From assembly GCA_964535955.1 (NCBI GenBank), contig CAZHVK010000006.1, forward strand, positions 1 to 64,000: a DNA stretch of 64,000 nucleotides. Reading direction: 5' to 3'. A program made the position numbers and the translations under genes. The notes under the pieces were generated by a model, which saw only the letters and a list, made by a program, of their open reading frames with translations, was not told the DNA's origin and ran no database searches. Shown here piece by piece: positions 56,043-64,000 of this stretch. The DNA comes from an uncultured Methanosarcinales archaeon (GTDB taxonomy: Archaea > Nanobdellota > Nanobdellia > Woesearchaeales > CAXGTL01). Every line of letters starts with the position of its first letter. The stretch's first letter is position 1.

Positions 56043-57791
56043 ATGGCAAAAAAATATGATTTAAAGACCTACTTAGCAGACTACTGGAGTTTTTTACAAG
56101 GGAAGAGAACTAAATTTTGTTTTTTTACTTTTTTAAGAGCTTTAAGCAGTTTGAGTGGATTTTTTATTGTATTTTTAATTGGTTGGGTAGTTGATTTTCT
56201 TGTAATATACAAAAAAGGAGAACCACTAACAAACCTATACCTAGTTATAATTGCAATTGCATTTATAGGTGGTTTTCAGGTATGGTTAAGATTCTTTGCA
56301 AAATTAAGAATGATGATGATTGGAGGTGAAATCAGAAAAAAAATAAGAGTACAAGCAATGTCAAAATTAATTGACTTGGACTTAAAATGGCATGAAACAG
56401 AAGAAACAGGATCAAAGATTGAAAAAGTAAACAAAGGCGCAGATGCTATATTTGAAGGTGTAAGAAAACTTACAAATGAATATATTGAGATATTTATTAG
56501 ATTGTTTGGAACATTAGTGATTTTTGCAGTATTTAACTGGAAATATGTTTTATTTACAGTAATTTATATTATGATTTATATTTATGGTGAAAAATATTTT
56601 AATAAAAAATTAAGTTATTTAGAAACAAAAACAGCAAAAATCAGGGAAAAAGTCTCAGGAAAAATCTATGAATCTTCATCAAACTTATTAACAGTAAAAT
56701 CACTTGGGTTAAAAAAAATATTTACAAAATCTACAAGAGATTATGAAAACAAGTATTATAAAACCTGGTTAAAAACAAGAAAATTTGCACAACTCAAAGT
56801 AAAAACAATAAAAATGTTTGCAGCTATTGGTTTTGCAGGGTTTATATTATTAATATGCTATGATGCAATCGCAGGATCCACCACAGTTGGAATGATTCTT
56901 GTTTATGCAAATTATTTTGGTAAACTTAGATTTAGTCTAGAGTCAATCACACACCAAAGTTCTAGGTTTATACAATTAAAAACCCAGGTTGGAAGGTTCA
57001 TGACAATATTTGGCAAAGAAATTTTTGACAGAAATGGAAAAGGATTAATTAAGGTTTCAAAGAATTGGAAAACAATTGAGTTCAGGAATATAGAATTCAA
57101 ATATAAAAATGAATTAGTTTTAAAAAATTTCAACCTATTAATTAAAAAAGGAGAAAAAATAGGCATAGTTGGAAGATCAGGTTGTGGAAAATCAACCTTA
57201 GTAAAATTAATACTTGGTTTATACCAACCATGTAAAGGAGAAATATTAATAGATGGAAAAAACTTAAACAAATACAAACATAATTCAATTACAAAGACTG
57301 TTTCAGTTGTGCTACAAGAATCAGAAATGTTTAACATCTCATTAATAAAAAACATAATAATATCTTCTGTTAAGAAAAACCTGAAATTGCTGAAAATAGC
57401 AATAAAGACAAGCCAGCTTCAACCAATAATCAAAAAACTCCCAAATAACATCAACACTTTAGTTGGTGAAAAGGGTTACAAACTTAGTGGAGGAGAACGT
57501 CAAAGAGTAGGAATTGCAAGAGCATTGTACAAAAACTCAGATGTACTTATTTTAGACGAAGCAACCTCTAGTCTTGACAGTAAAACAGAGCAAAGCATAC
57601 AAGAAAATTTAGAAAACTATTTTAAAAACAAAACAATCTTAATAATCGCACACAGACTATCAACTTTAAAAAATGTAGACAAGATCATTGTAATGAAAAA
57701 GGGAAAGATAATTGAAGAGGGAACATTTGATGAATTGATAGATAATAAAAGAGACTTCCATAAGTTATATAAGTTACAAAAGAGAAGATAA
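56043..57791 (+). CDS. ABC exporter, fused permease and ATPase (MsbA-like fold)
   Basis: N-terminal TM domain; GRSGCGKST, LSGGERQR, LDEATSSLD, IAHRLST. Confidence 0.93.
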   Translation: MAKKYDLKTYLADYWSFLQGKRTKFCFFTFLRALSSLSGFFIVFLIGWVVDFLVIYKKGEPLTNLYLVIIAIAFIGGFQVWLRFFAKLRMMMIGGEIRKKIRVQAMSKLIDLDLKWHETEETGSKIEKVNKGADAIFEGVRKLTNEYIEIFIRLFGTLVIFAVFNWKYVLFTVIYIMIYIYGEKYFNKKLSYLETKTAKIREKVSGKIYESSSNLLTVKSLGLKKIFTKSTRDYENKYYKTWLKTRKFAQLKVKTIKMFAAIGFAGFILLICYDAIAGSTTVGMILVYANYFGKLRFSLESITHQSSRFIQLKTQVGRFMTIFGKEIFDRNGKGLIKVSKNWKTIEFRNIEFKYKNELVLKNFNLLIKKGEKIGIVGRSGCGKSTLVKLILGLYQPCKGEILIDGKNLNKYKHNSITKTVSVVLQESEMFNISLIKNIIISSVKKNLKLLKIAIKTSQLQPIIKKLPNNINTLVGEKGYKLSGGERQRVGIARALYKNSDVLILDEATSSLDSKTEQSIQENLENYFKNKTILIIAHRLSTLKNVDKIIVMKKGKIIEEGTFDELIDNKRDFHKLYKLQKRR

Positions 57792-57811
57792 ATTCTTTTC
57801 TTTTTTATTTT

Positions 57812-58642
57812 TTAATCTTTAAGATAAGAAACAAGAGTACCCTTTAATTTAGTTCTACCAACAACATTCATAATATCTTCATCAACATCTACAAAAGTAT
57901 CTGAATGTTTTTTTACAGATTCAAAAACATAATCAATGATTGCATCAGGATTACCTCTTAATTCGTCAGAATCATTTATATCTTCTTGTAATTTTGACAA
58001 AAGATCATCCATTGTATAATGTCCCATTTTATTCAATGCAAGATTCCACTCTTTATTATCAACAACTCCATCTTCATTTCCACCTTGTGAACTAGAATCA
58101 GCTTTATAAAATACTTTTCCTAATAAATATGCCCATTTTTTTCGACCAGTTTCAGGCATATTATCCTTCCAATTTTCCCAACCTTTGATCTTAAAATCTG
58201 AATTTTTTTGAATATATGTTCTGAGATCTTCAAAACAGATATAAATTTCATGAGTATCGTCATCTTCTTGCCTTACAGCAACACCAATATCTCTATAAAA
58301 TCTAAATCTTTTTTCATCATGTTCAAGATTGCTTTCATCTATTCCTGCAATCTCAAATGCTTTTTGCCTTACTCTATCATATCTTGCCCAATTAACAATT
58401 CCTCTAACAGTATATGGATAGGAAAGGATTTTAAGAACAAGAGAATCATTATTTAGAGCTTTAGCAGCACTTTGTGTTTTTGATTTATATCTTTCTTGTT
58501 TATCTGGAAATCTTACTTGCAAACCACCCATCGCATAAGAAGCCAAACCATAAATAACAGCAGTAGCTGATAAGATTAAAACTGTTACAAGAGGCACAGG
58601 TGATAAGTTTCTTCTAGATTTATGTAAACTCTCTTTTTTCAT
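57812..58642 (-). CDS. Hypothetical membrane-anchored protein with an EF-hand-like loop
   Basis: N-terminal TM; GNEDGVVDNKEW. Confidence 0.6.
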   Translation of the reverse strand: MKKESLHKSRRNLSPVPLVTVLILSATAVIYGLASYAMGGLQVRFPDKQERYKSKTQSAAKALNNDSLVLKILSYPYTVRGIVNWARYDRVRQKAFEIAGIDESNLEHDEKRFRFYRDIGVAVRQEDDDTHEIYICFEDLRTYIQKNSDFKIKGWENWKDNMPETGRKKWAYLLGKVFYKADSSSQGGNEDGVVDNKEWNLALNKMGHYTMDDLLSKLQEDINDSDELRGNPDAIIDYVFESVKKHSDTFVDVDEDIMNVVGRTKLKGTLVSYLKD

Positions 58643-58767
58643 AATAATAATTATACGCAAAGACTATATAAAGATTTATATGTTCTAATAAATATATATT
58701 TCTGAGACAATTATCACAATAACATTTATAAAGTACATTCTCTAAAATATATATTAGGTGAAGCAAT

Positions 58768-60882
58768 ATGATATTCAATGATGGTTATTACCATCCTTTG
58801 GACAGAGAATATAGTCAAGCAGGGACACCTGACTCAAAAGAAATAATTGAACCTATAGAAAAGCCAATCATAGTAAAACAAGATCCTAATAAATTAACAA
58901 CAGCAGATGTTGGAACAACAGTATTAATGGACAGACCAAATGCAGAATCAGTAAAAGCAAGAGTCAGACATGGTGCAAGCAGACTTGAGCTTGTATTTCC
59001 AGGAAAAGGTAAAAGTTCTCAAAATGCACTTAATCCAGAAACATATGGAAAAACAGAAAGACAAGACATAAGAGATGTTGCAAGAGTCAATGAATTAAAA
59101 TTAAGCACACATGCAAGCCTCCAAATAAATGGTTTATCAGGTTTAGGTCAAAAAGGTTTTAGTGAAGAAGCAAGAAGAGAAGCTTTAGATGAGATAAAAA
59201 GAGCAATAGATTTTGCAGCAGATGCTACAACAGGCGGAGCAGTTGTTGTTCATACAGGTGAATTTCCTAGAAGTATTGCAGGTTATTATGGTGAAGAAGG
59301 TGTTAGACCAGATGGTGCAAAATTTGAAGGTTATGAAAATGAAGAAAAAGAAGCAATGCATATTCTTGTTGATGAAAAATCAGGATCAGTAATTCAAAAT
59401 ATTAGGGAAGACACACTAGTATGGATGCCAGAACAAGAAGATGATCCTACATCACCAGATGGAAAAAAATGGTTAAAAATTCCTGACTTTGCAACAGGAA
59501 AAGAAAAAGAAGTAAGATTTGAAATAATTAATACTTATATTGATAAGATAAGAACAACATTAGGAGAAAATTCTGAAGAATATAAAAGAGCAAAAGAAAG
59601 ATTTAAAGATAAAATACCTGTATTCAAAGAAGATGATAAAGGCAACATACAAACAAAAGCACAAACTTTTAGTCAATTTAAAAGAAAATTCATAAAAGAA
59701 AATCAAAACAAATTCATAAAAGAAAAAGGAAAAACAGTTGATGCAGAAGATGCAGCTGTTGAATTTTTTCTTAGACAACAAGAAGCAGAATTACATCAAG
59801 CACTAGGAACAGCAAGAGAATATGAAGAATATTATACTAAAGGAAGGTCAGCTAGGGAACTTATGAAAGAAAAATTTCAAGAATATTTTAAATCTCAAAA
59901 AATAACTGATTCTGAAAAAAGAGACAAAGAAAAAGCCAGAATAAGACAAGAACTATCTGAAGAATTAGGAGGGCATTATGGTAGGCATTTTATTAATCCT
60001 AAAGTTACTTTTGATCAGGCTTTTAAAAAATCATTTGAAGAAAATGAAAGAATGATAGCACACGGTAGAGAATCTTCAACAGGTGGAAGACTTAGAGCAA
60101 GACAAATCCAAGATGGTATAGTCCATGTTGTACCTATAGAAGAATATGCAATTAAAAAAACAGCAAAAACATTGGCACAAGCAGGAATATTTGCATGGGA
60201 AAAAACAAAAGCAGCAAATCAAAAATTAAAAAGTCAAGGTCTAGAACAAATAGAACCAGTCTATATTTCTCCTGAAAATCTTTTTCAACAAAGTTTTGGT
60301 TCACATCCTGAAGAACTTAAAACAATAGTACAAAAATCAAGAAAAGAAATGGTAAATAGATTAGTAGAAGGACCAAAAAAAATGAATAGGGATGAAGCAG
60401 TAAAATTAGCAGAAAAACATATTGTAGGAACATTTGATATTGGACATGCACATATGTGGAAAAAATATTATGGTGGCAAAGATGAAGATTTTAACAAATG
60501 GCTAATCAACCAAGCAAAAGACTTAATAAAACAAGGGATTATTAAACACATCCACATAAGTGACAACCTTGGTTATCATGACGAACATCTAAAGATTGGT
60601 GATGGAACAGCACCAATCAAAGAATTAATAAGAGAAGTTGAAAAAGCAGGATTAAAAGAAGTTATTATTGAACCTGGTTCAACAAATGTCCAGACTATCT
60701 GGCCAGATTCAATGAAAGAACTAGGTTCACCAATATATGCTGCGAGCTCTGGTTATCACAGAGGTTTTGACCAAGTGCACCAATCATTTGCAGGATATGG
60801 AAATCCAACTTATTTCTTAGTAGGTCCAACAGTACCAGATGAAGAACAATGGAAACTCTGGAGTGGTGTTCTGTTAGAGTAA
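58768..60882 (+). CDS. Xylose-isomerase-like/AP-endonuclease-2 TIM-barrel protein with a large helical insertion
   Basis: STHA, VVHTG, SPEN, FDIGHA, HIHISDN...DEHL and IIEPG metal-binding motifs. Confidence 0.8.
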   Translation: MIFNDGYYHPLDREYSQAGTPDSKEIIEPIEKPIIVKQDPNKLTTADVGTTVLMDRPNAESVKARVRHGASRLELVFPGKGKSSQNALNPETYGKTERQDIRDVARVNELKLSTHASLQINGLSGLGQKGFSEEARREALDEIKRAIDFAADATTGGAVVVHTGEFPRSIAGYYGEEGVRPDGAKFEGYENEEKEAMHILVDEKSGSVIQNIREDTLVWMPEQEDDPTSPDGKKWLKIPDFATGKEKEVRFEIINTYIDKIRTTLGENSEEYKRAKERFKDKIPVFKEDDKGNIQTKAQTFSQFKRKFIKENQNKFIKEKGKTVDAEDAAVEFFLRQQEAELHQALGTAREYEEYYTKGRSARELMKEKFQEYFKSQKITDSEKRDKEKARIRQELSEELGGHYGRHFINPKVTFDQAFKKSFEENERMIAHGRESSTGGRLRARQIQDGIVHVVPIEEYAIKKTAKTLAQAGIFAWEKTKAANQKLKSQGLEQIEPVYISPENLFQQSFGSHPEELKTIVQKSRKEMVNRLVEGPKKMNRDEAVKLAEKHIVGTFDIGHAHMWKKYYGGKDEDFNKWLINQAKDLIKQGIIKHIHISDNLGYHDEHLKIGDGTAPIKELIREVEKAGLKEVIIEPGSTNVQTIWPDSMKELGSPIYAASSGYHRGFDQVHQSFAGYGNPTYFLVGPTVPDEEQWKLWSGVLLE

Positions 60883-61004
60883 TCAAAAGAATAAGTCTAA
60901 TATACTACTATATACTTTAAAAACCTATATTACAGTTAAATAATCTTTATATATAGAAAAGTATTTTCTTATATATATTTTGATATTATATGTAAAATTT
61001 CGAG

Positions 61005-61952
61005 GTGGTAGGATTGAAACTAAAAAAGTGGATTACAAATCTAATTATTGCTATTATTCTAATCTGGTTGATCTTTTTTGTTGATTGGGGATGTGAAGAT
61101 AAACTAGACACAATAGAAGAAAACCAAACAGAGGTAACAGGTGGTGCTACACAAGAGCTTGACCAAGAAACAACACAAGAAAGTCAAAAATGTGAAGAAA
61201 AAGATTGCCCTGAATGCGAAGAATGTGAAGACAAAGATTGTCCATCATGTCCAAGCTGTCCTTCATGCCCTGCAACAAAAACAGTTATTGAAGGTGCTGA
61301 TGAACTTGCATCAAAATCCTTAGTTGATTTATCAGTCTATGATGATAGAATAATAAATGCAGATGATCAGAACTTTACTTATTGGTTACACAACACAAAA
61401 GACTATCAAATTAATAATATACATGGAAAATTATTAGTTGAGATTGATGATGATAATGAAGAAATCTTTTTATCAGATGTTGGTTTATTAAGCAAAAATC
61501 AAAACACATCATTCAAGATACCAGTTAGTCTAGCACCAAGAGATGAAGAATATGAAGCACAACTAACAATATTTTCAGCAAATAACCAAGGTAAAGAATT
61601 TGATGTAGAGTTTAAAGTTTACAATAAAAACCCAGACATAGAAGAATCAGAAGCATTCTGGCTTAACAGTATCATCGGTTTTTCAGGATATGGATTAACA
61701 GATGAAAAAGTAAATCTAACATTGATTAATAATAAAAACTCAGAAATTGCAGTACAATATATAATATTAGATGATGAAGAATGGTTCTTGAATGAAACAA
61801 TAGCATCTGGTCAAGAATTTGAATTCCTAAAAGACAAAAAACTTTGCACAGAAAACGAGATATACAGATTACCAATATACATTAACTACACATCAGGTGG
61901 GTTTGAATTCGAGATATCAGAAGAACAGAGATTAGTTGGTTATTGTAGGTAA
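61005..61952 (+). CDS. Membrane-anchored hypothetical protein with CPxC repeats
   Basis: N-terminal TM; CEEKDCPECEECEDKDCPSCPSCPSCP. Confidence 0.7.
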   Translation: MVGLKLKKWITNLIIAIILIWLIFFVDWGCEDKLDTIEENQTEVTGGATQELDQETTQESQKCEEKDCPECEECEDKDCPSCPSCPSCPATKTVIEGADELASKSLVDLSVYDDRIINADDQNFTYWLHNTKDYQINNIHGKLLVEIDDDNEEIFLSDVGLLSKNQNTSFKIPVSLAPRDEEYEAQLTIFSANNQGKEFDVEFKVYNKNPDIEESEAFWLNSIIGFSGYGLTDEKVNLTLINNKNSEIAVQYIILDDEEWFLNETIASGQEFEFLKDKKLCTENEIYRLPIYINYTSGGFEFEISEEQRLVGYCR

Positions 61953-62111
61953 GTAGGTTTAAATTACCTATTTTTATTTTTTTATTATGTTTTGATTTTT
62001 TATTTTTTTATTTATCATATGTTGCCGATTTATAAAATTTAAACAGTATGTGCATAGCTCCAACTTTAAACAACAACCTTTATAAATCCACAAACCAATA
62101 ACAATAATATC

Positions 62112-62876
62112 ATGAAAAAAGAGGTATCATATTTAGAAATAAAATTCATTAACCTATCTTTAGGTAAAAGAATAAGATATTCTATTATTGCAAGTTTTCT
62201 AATAAGTATCATGCTTATGATTATATTTAATTTCCACAACAATCTTTCTTATGCAAGAAAGTTTCTAATAATCAGTATAATAATATCCTTTATCATCATA
62301 TACTTATTCATAAGTTCTAAATTTGCAAGAGCAAATATTTATGAAAAAAAGAAATCAAGGTTTAAAATAATAAAAACAATAAGATTTACATTAAAAGACA
62401 TGCACAAATTACCATGCTATCTGATAATCATATTACTATCATTTTATACTATTTTCCTAATATTTTTTATGTTCATTAGATTTTCAATATTTAACCTATA
62501 CTTAGTGTTAATATTTCTGTTCATGACAATAATTTATTACATATTGTTCTTCAGAAATAAATTTGGTTATTATATATGTAAAAAAGGCCTGATTGTTAAA
62601 GGTATTAATCTGCCAAAGCTTTATACATGGAATAGCATAAGTAAATACAAGATAAATAACAAAATATTACAAATATGTTTTAAAAAAACAAATTACTGTA
62701 TAACTTTGCCTTATAAAAAGGGTATTGAAAAGTACTTAAAAAAACATATTAAAAAGAATACAAATAAAAAAGCTATAAAAAAGAAAAAATCAAGAAAAAC
62801 AAATAGAAAACTAAAAAAGAGAAAACCAAACACAACAAAACACAAAAAAAACATAAAAAAACATAAAAAAACATAA
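62112..62876 (+). CDS. Hypothetical 4-TM protein with a basic C-terminal tail
   Basis: Four hydrophobic segments, a YTWNSI motif and a Lys-rich tail. Confidence 0.6.
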   Translation: MKKEVSYLEIKFINLSLGKRIRYSIIASFLISIMLMIIFNFHNNLSYARKFLIISIIISFIIIYLFISSKFARANIYEKKKSRFKIIKTIRFTLKDMHKLPCYLIIILLSFYTIFLIFFMFIRFSIFNLYLVLIFLFMTIIYYILFFRNKFGYYICKKGLIVKGINLPKLYTWNSISKYKINNKILQICFKKTNYCITLPYKKGIEKYLKKHIKKNTNKKAIKKKKSRKTNRKLKKRKPNTTKHKKNIKKHKKT

Positions 62877-62892
62877 AAAGAATAAAAAAGAA

Positions 62893-63309
62893 TTATTCTG
62901 AAATAACAACTCCTCTTACTTGTTCAAATCCTTCCAAACCTTCTGTTATTTGGAATCTTCCTTTCATATCAGACACAAATTCAATTTTTACTTCTCTGCC
63001 TTCAGGAACTTCTTCATTAATTCCAAATCCTTTTAATCTAAAATTAGTATCTGAGGTCCCAGCATTTCTAATTCTAAATAAAACAACATCGCCTTTTTCA
63101 AGCTCAATATAAGAAGGATACCATTCATCTTCAAACATAATTATCTTAACTACTTTTTGATCATTTTCCATGTTAAGTTCGTCAGTATCTGTATCAGAAT
63201 CAACAATCCTTAATCTTCCACCTGTCTTATTTTCACAACTAGTTAACATAAATATACTAACCAATATAGAAATTACAACCAAAAACATTATTATTCTCAC
63301 AATCTTCAT
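62893..63309 (-). CDS. Cupredoxin-fold putative lipoprotein (no obvious Cu ligands)
   Basis: LTSC; WYPSYIELEKGDVVLFRIRN...GRFQI...GVVI. Confidence 0.6.
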   Translation of the reverse strand: MKIVRIIMFLVVISILVSIFMLTSCENKTGGRLRIVDSDTDTDELNMENDQKVVKIIMFEDEWYPSYIELEKGDVVLFRIRNAGTSDTNFRLKGFGINEEVPEGREVKIEFVSDMKGRFQITEGLEGFEQVRGVVISE

Positions 63310-63458
63310 CTTAAAATCCCCCAATTCAATTAATATATAAGTCTAAGAACCTCTTTTACTATGGGGGGTAGGGTTTTGTCATTTAAATACTTTTCTATTA
63401 TTTATTGCTTATTTTTTCTTTTTTTTTCCTTTGTTTTTACTTTTTTTTTCCTTTGTTT

Positions 63459-64000
63459 TTACTTTTTTTTTCCTTTGTTTTTACTTTTTTTTTCCTTTGT
63501 TTTTACTTTTATTTTAGTTTTTACTTTTGTCTTACCCTTGTTCTGTATTTTTTTCTTACTTTTGTTTTTTACTTTACTCTTAACCAGACTTTTTTTTCTT
63601 TTTATCATTGTGTGTTGCTTTTTACCTTTAAAATATTTATGATAAACAATATAAACAATTATTCCAATCAACACCAATGCACCAAACACAATTAAAAAAT
63701 AATTTTCAGCAGTTTCTGAAGGATGTTCTATTGAAAGTTTATCAGAAACAGTCAATCCTACTTCTTGTTTTGGTTGTTCAAAATTCGTTCTTGACTGTTT
63801 TTCTTCTTTTGTTAATCTTTCTATCCCTGAGCATTCAATTTGTTTTCCACAAATACCATGTGATTCTTCATAAAAAAAACAACACAATTCAGTACTTTCA
63901 CAATCAGAATTATCATCACAGAATCCCTGTTTAAAATCAAACATATGCAGACCTGTAATTCCTCCACCTATAAAGAACAAACCTATTACTACAATAATTG
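63459..64000 (-). CDS. Hypothetical membrane protein (5' part outside the window) with GITG motif, Cys cluster, TM and Lys-rich tail
   Basis: GGGITGL; CDDNSDC...CC...GIC; TM helix; K-rich C-terminus. Confidence 0.6.
   Translation of the reverse strand, partial: IIVVIGLFFIGGGITGLHMFDFKQGFCDDNSDCESTELCCFFYEESHGICGKQIECSGIERLTKEEKQSRTNFEQPKQEVGLTVSDKLSIEHPSETAENYFLIVFGALVLIGIIVYIVYHKYFKGKKQHTMIKRKKSLVKSKVKNKSKKKIQNKGKTKVKTKIKVKTKEKKSKNKGKKK

Noticed and set aside
58768..60882. Intein in the TIM-barrel gene
   Set aside because: No C/S start with HN-C/S/T end motifs and no LAGLIDADG blocks in the insertion.

Overview
AT-rich archaeal genomic window, most likely from a DPANN lineage such as Woesearchaeota. 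This is inferred from the archaeal L7Ae/S28e/L24e, aEF-2, aEF-1alpha, Taw1, NreA, TFS and Sec11 genes, the intron-rich tRNAs and the Cys-rich surface proteins; it was not checked by search. The window holds: a translation cluster; a clustered dNTP/dTTP supply module (tmk, thyX, dut, dCMP deaminase, nrdD/nrdG); polyamine genes; tRNA-modification enzymes; several large secreted Cys-rich proteins; a RelBE-like toxin-antitoxin pair; and an AAA+/VWA pair. One assembly gap lies at 21530-21539. Three things stand out. (1) Five tRNA genes carry at least nine introns or insertions, including a complete tRNA-Ser(GGA) nested inside an intervening sequence of a second tRNA-Ser(GGA). (2) An operon starts with a HExxH-metallopeptidase/VWA gene and continues with nine tightly packed genes whose products all begin with M(A/T)IDDAI(D/E/K)xM, although their bodies belong to at least four unrelated types. 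(3) A family of small structured non-coding elements with ATGT...ACAT termini is dispersed between genes; one copy has a 13-bp target-site duplication and contains a second, nested mini-element. All product calls come from motif recognition only; no database searches were run.
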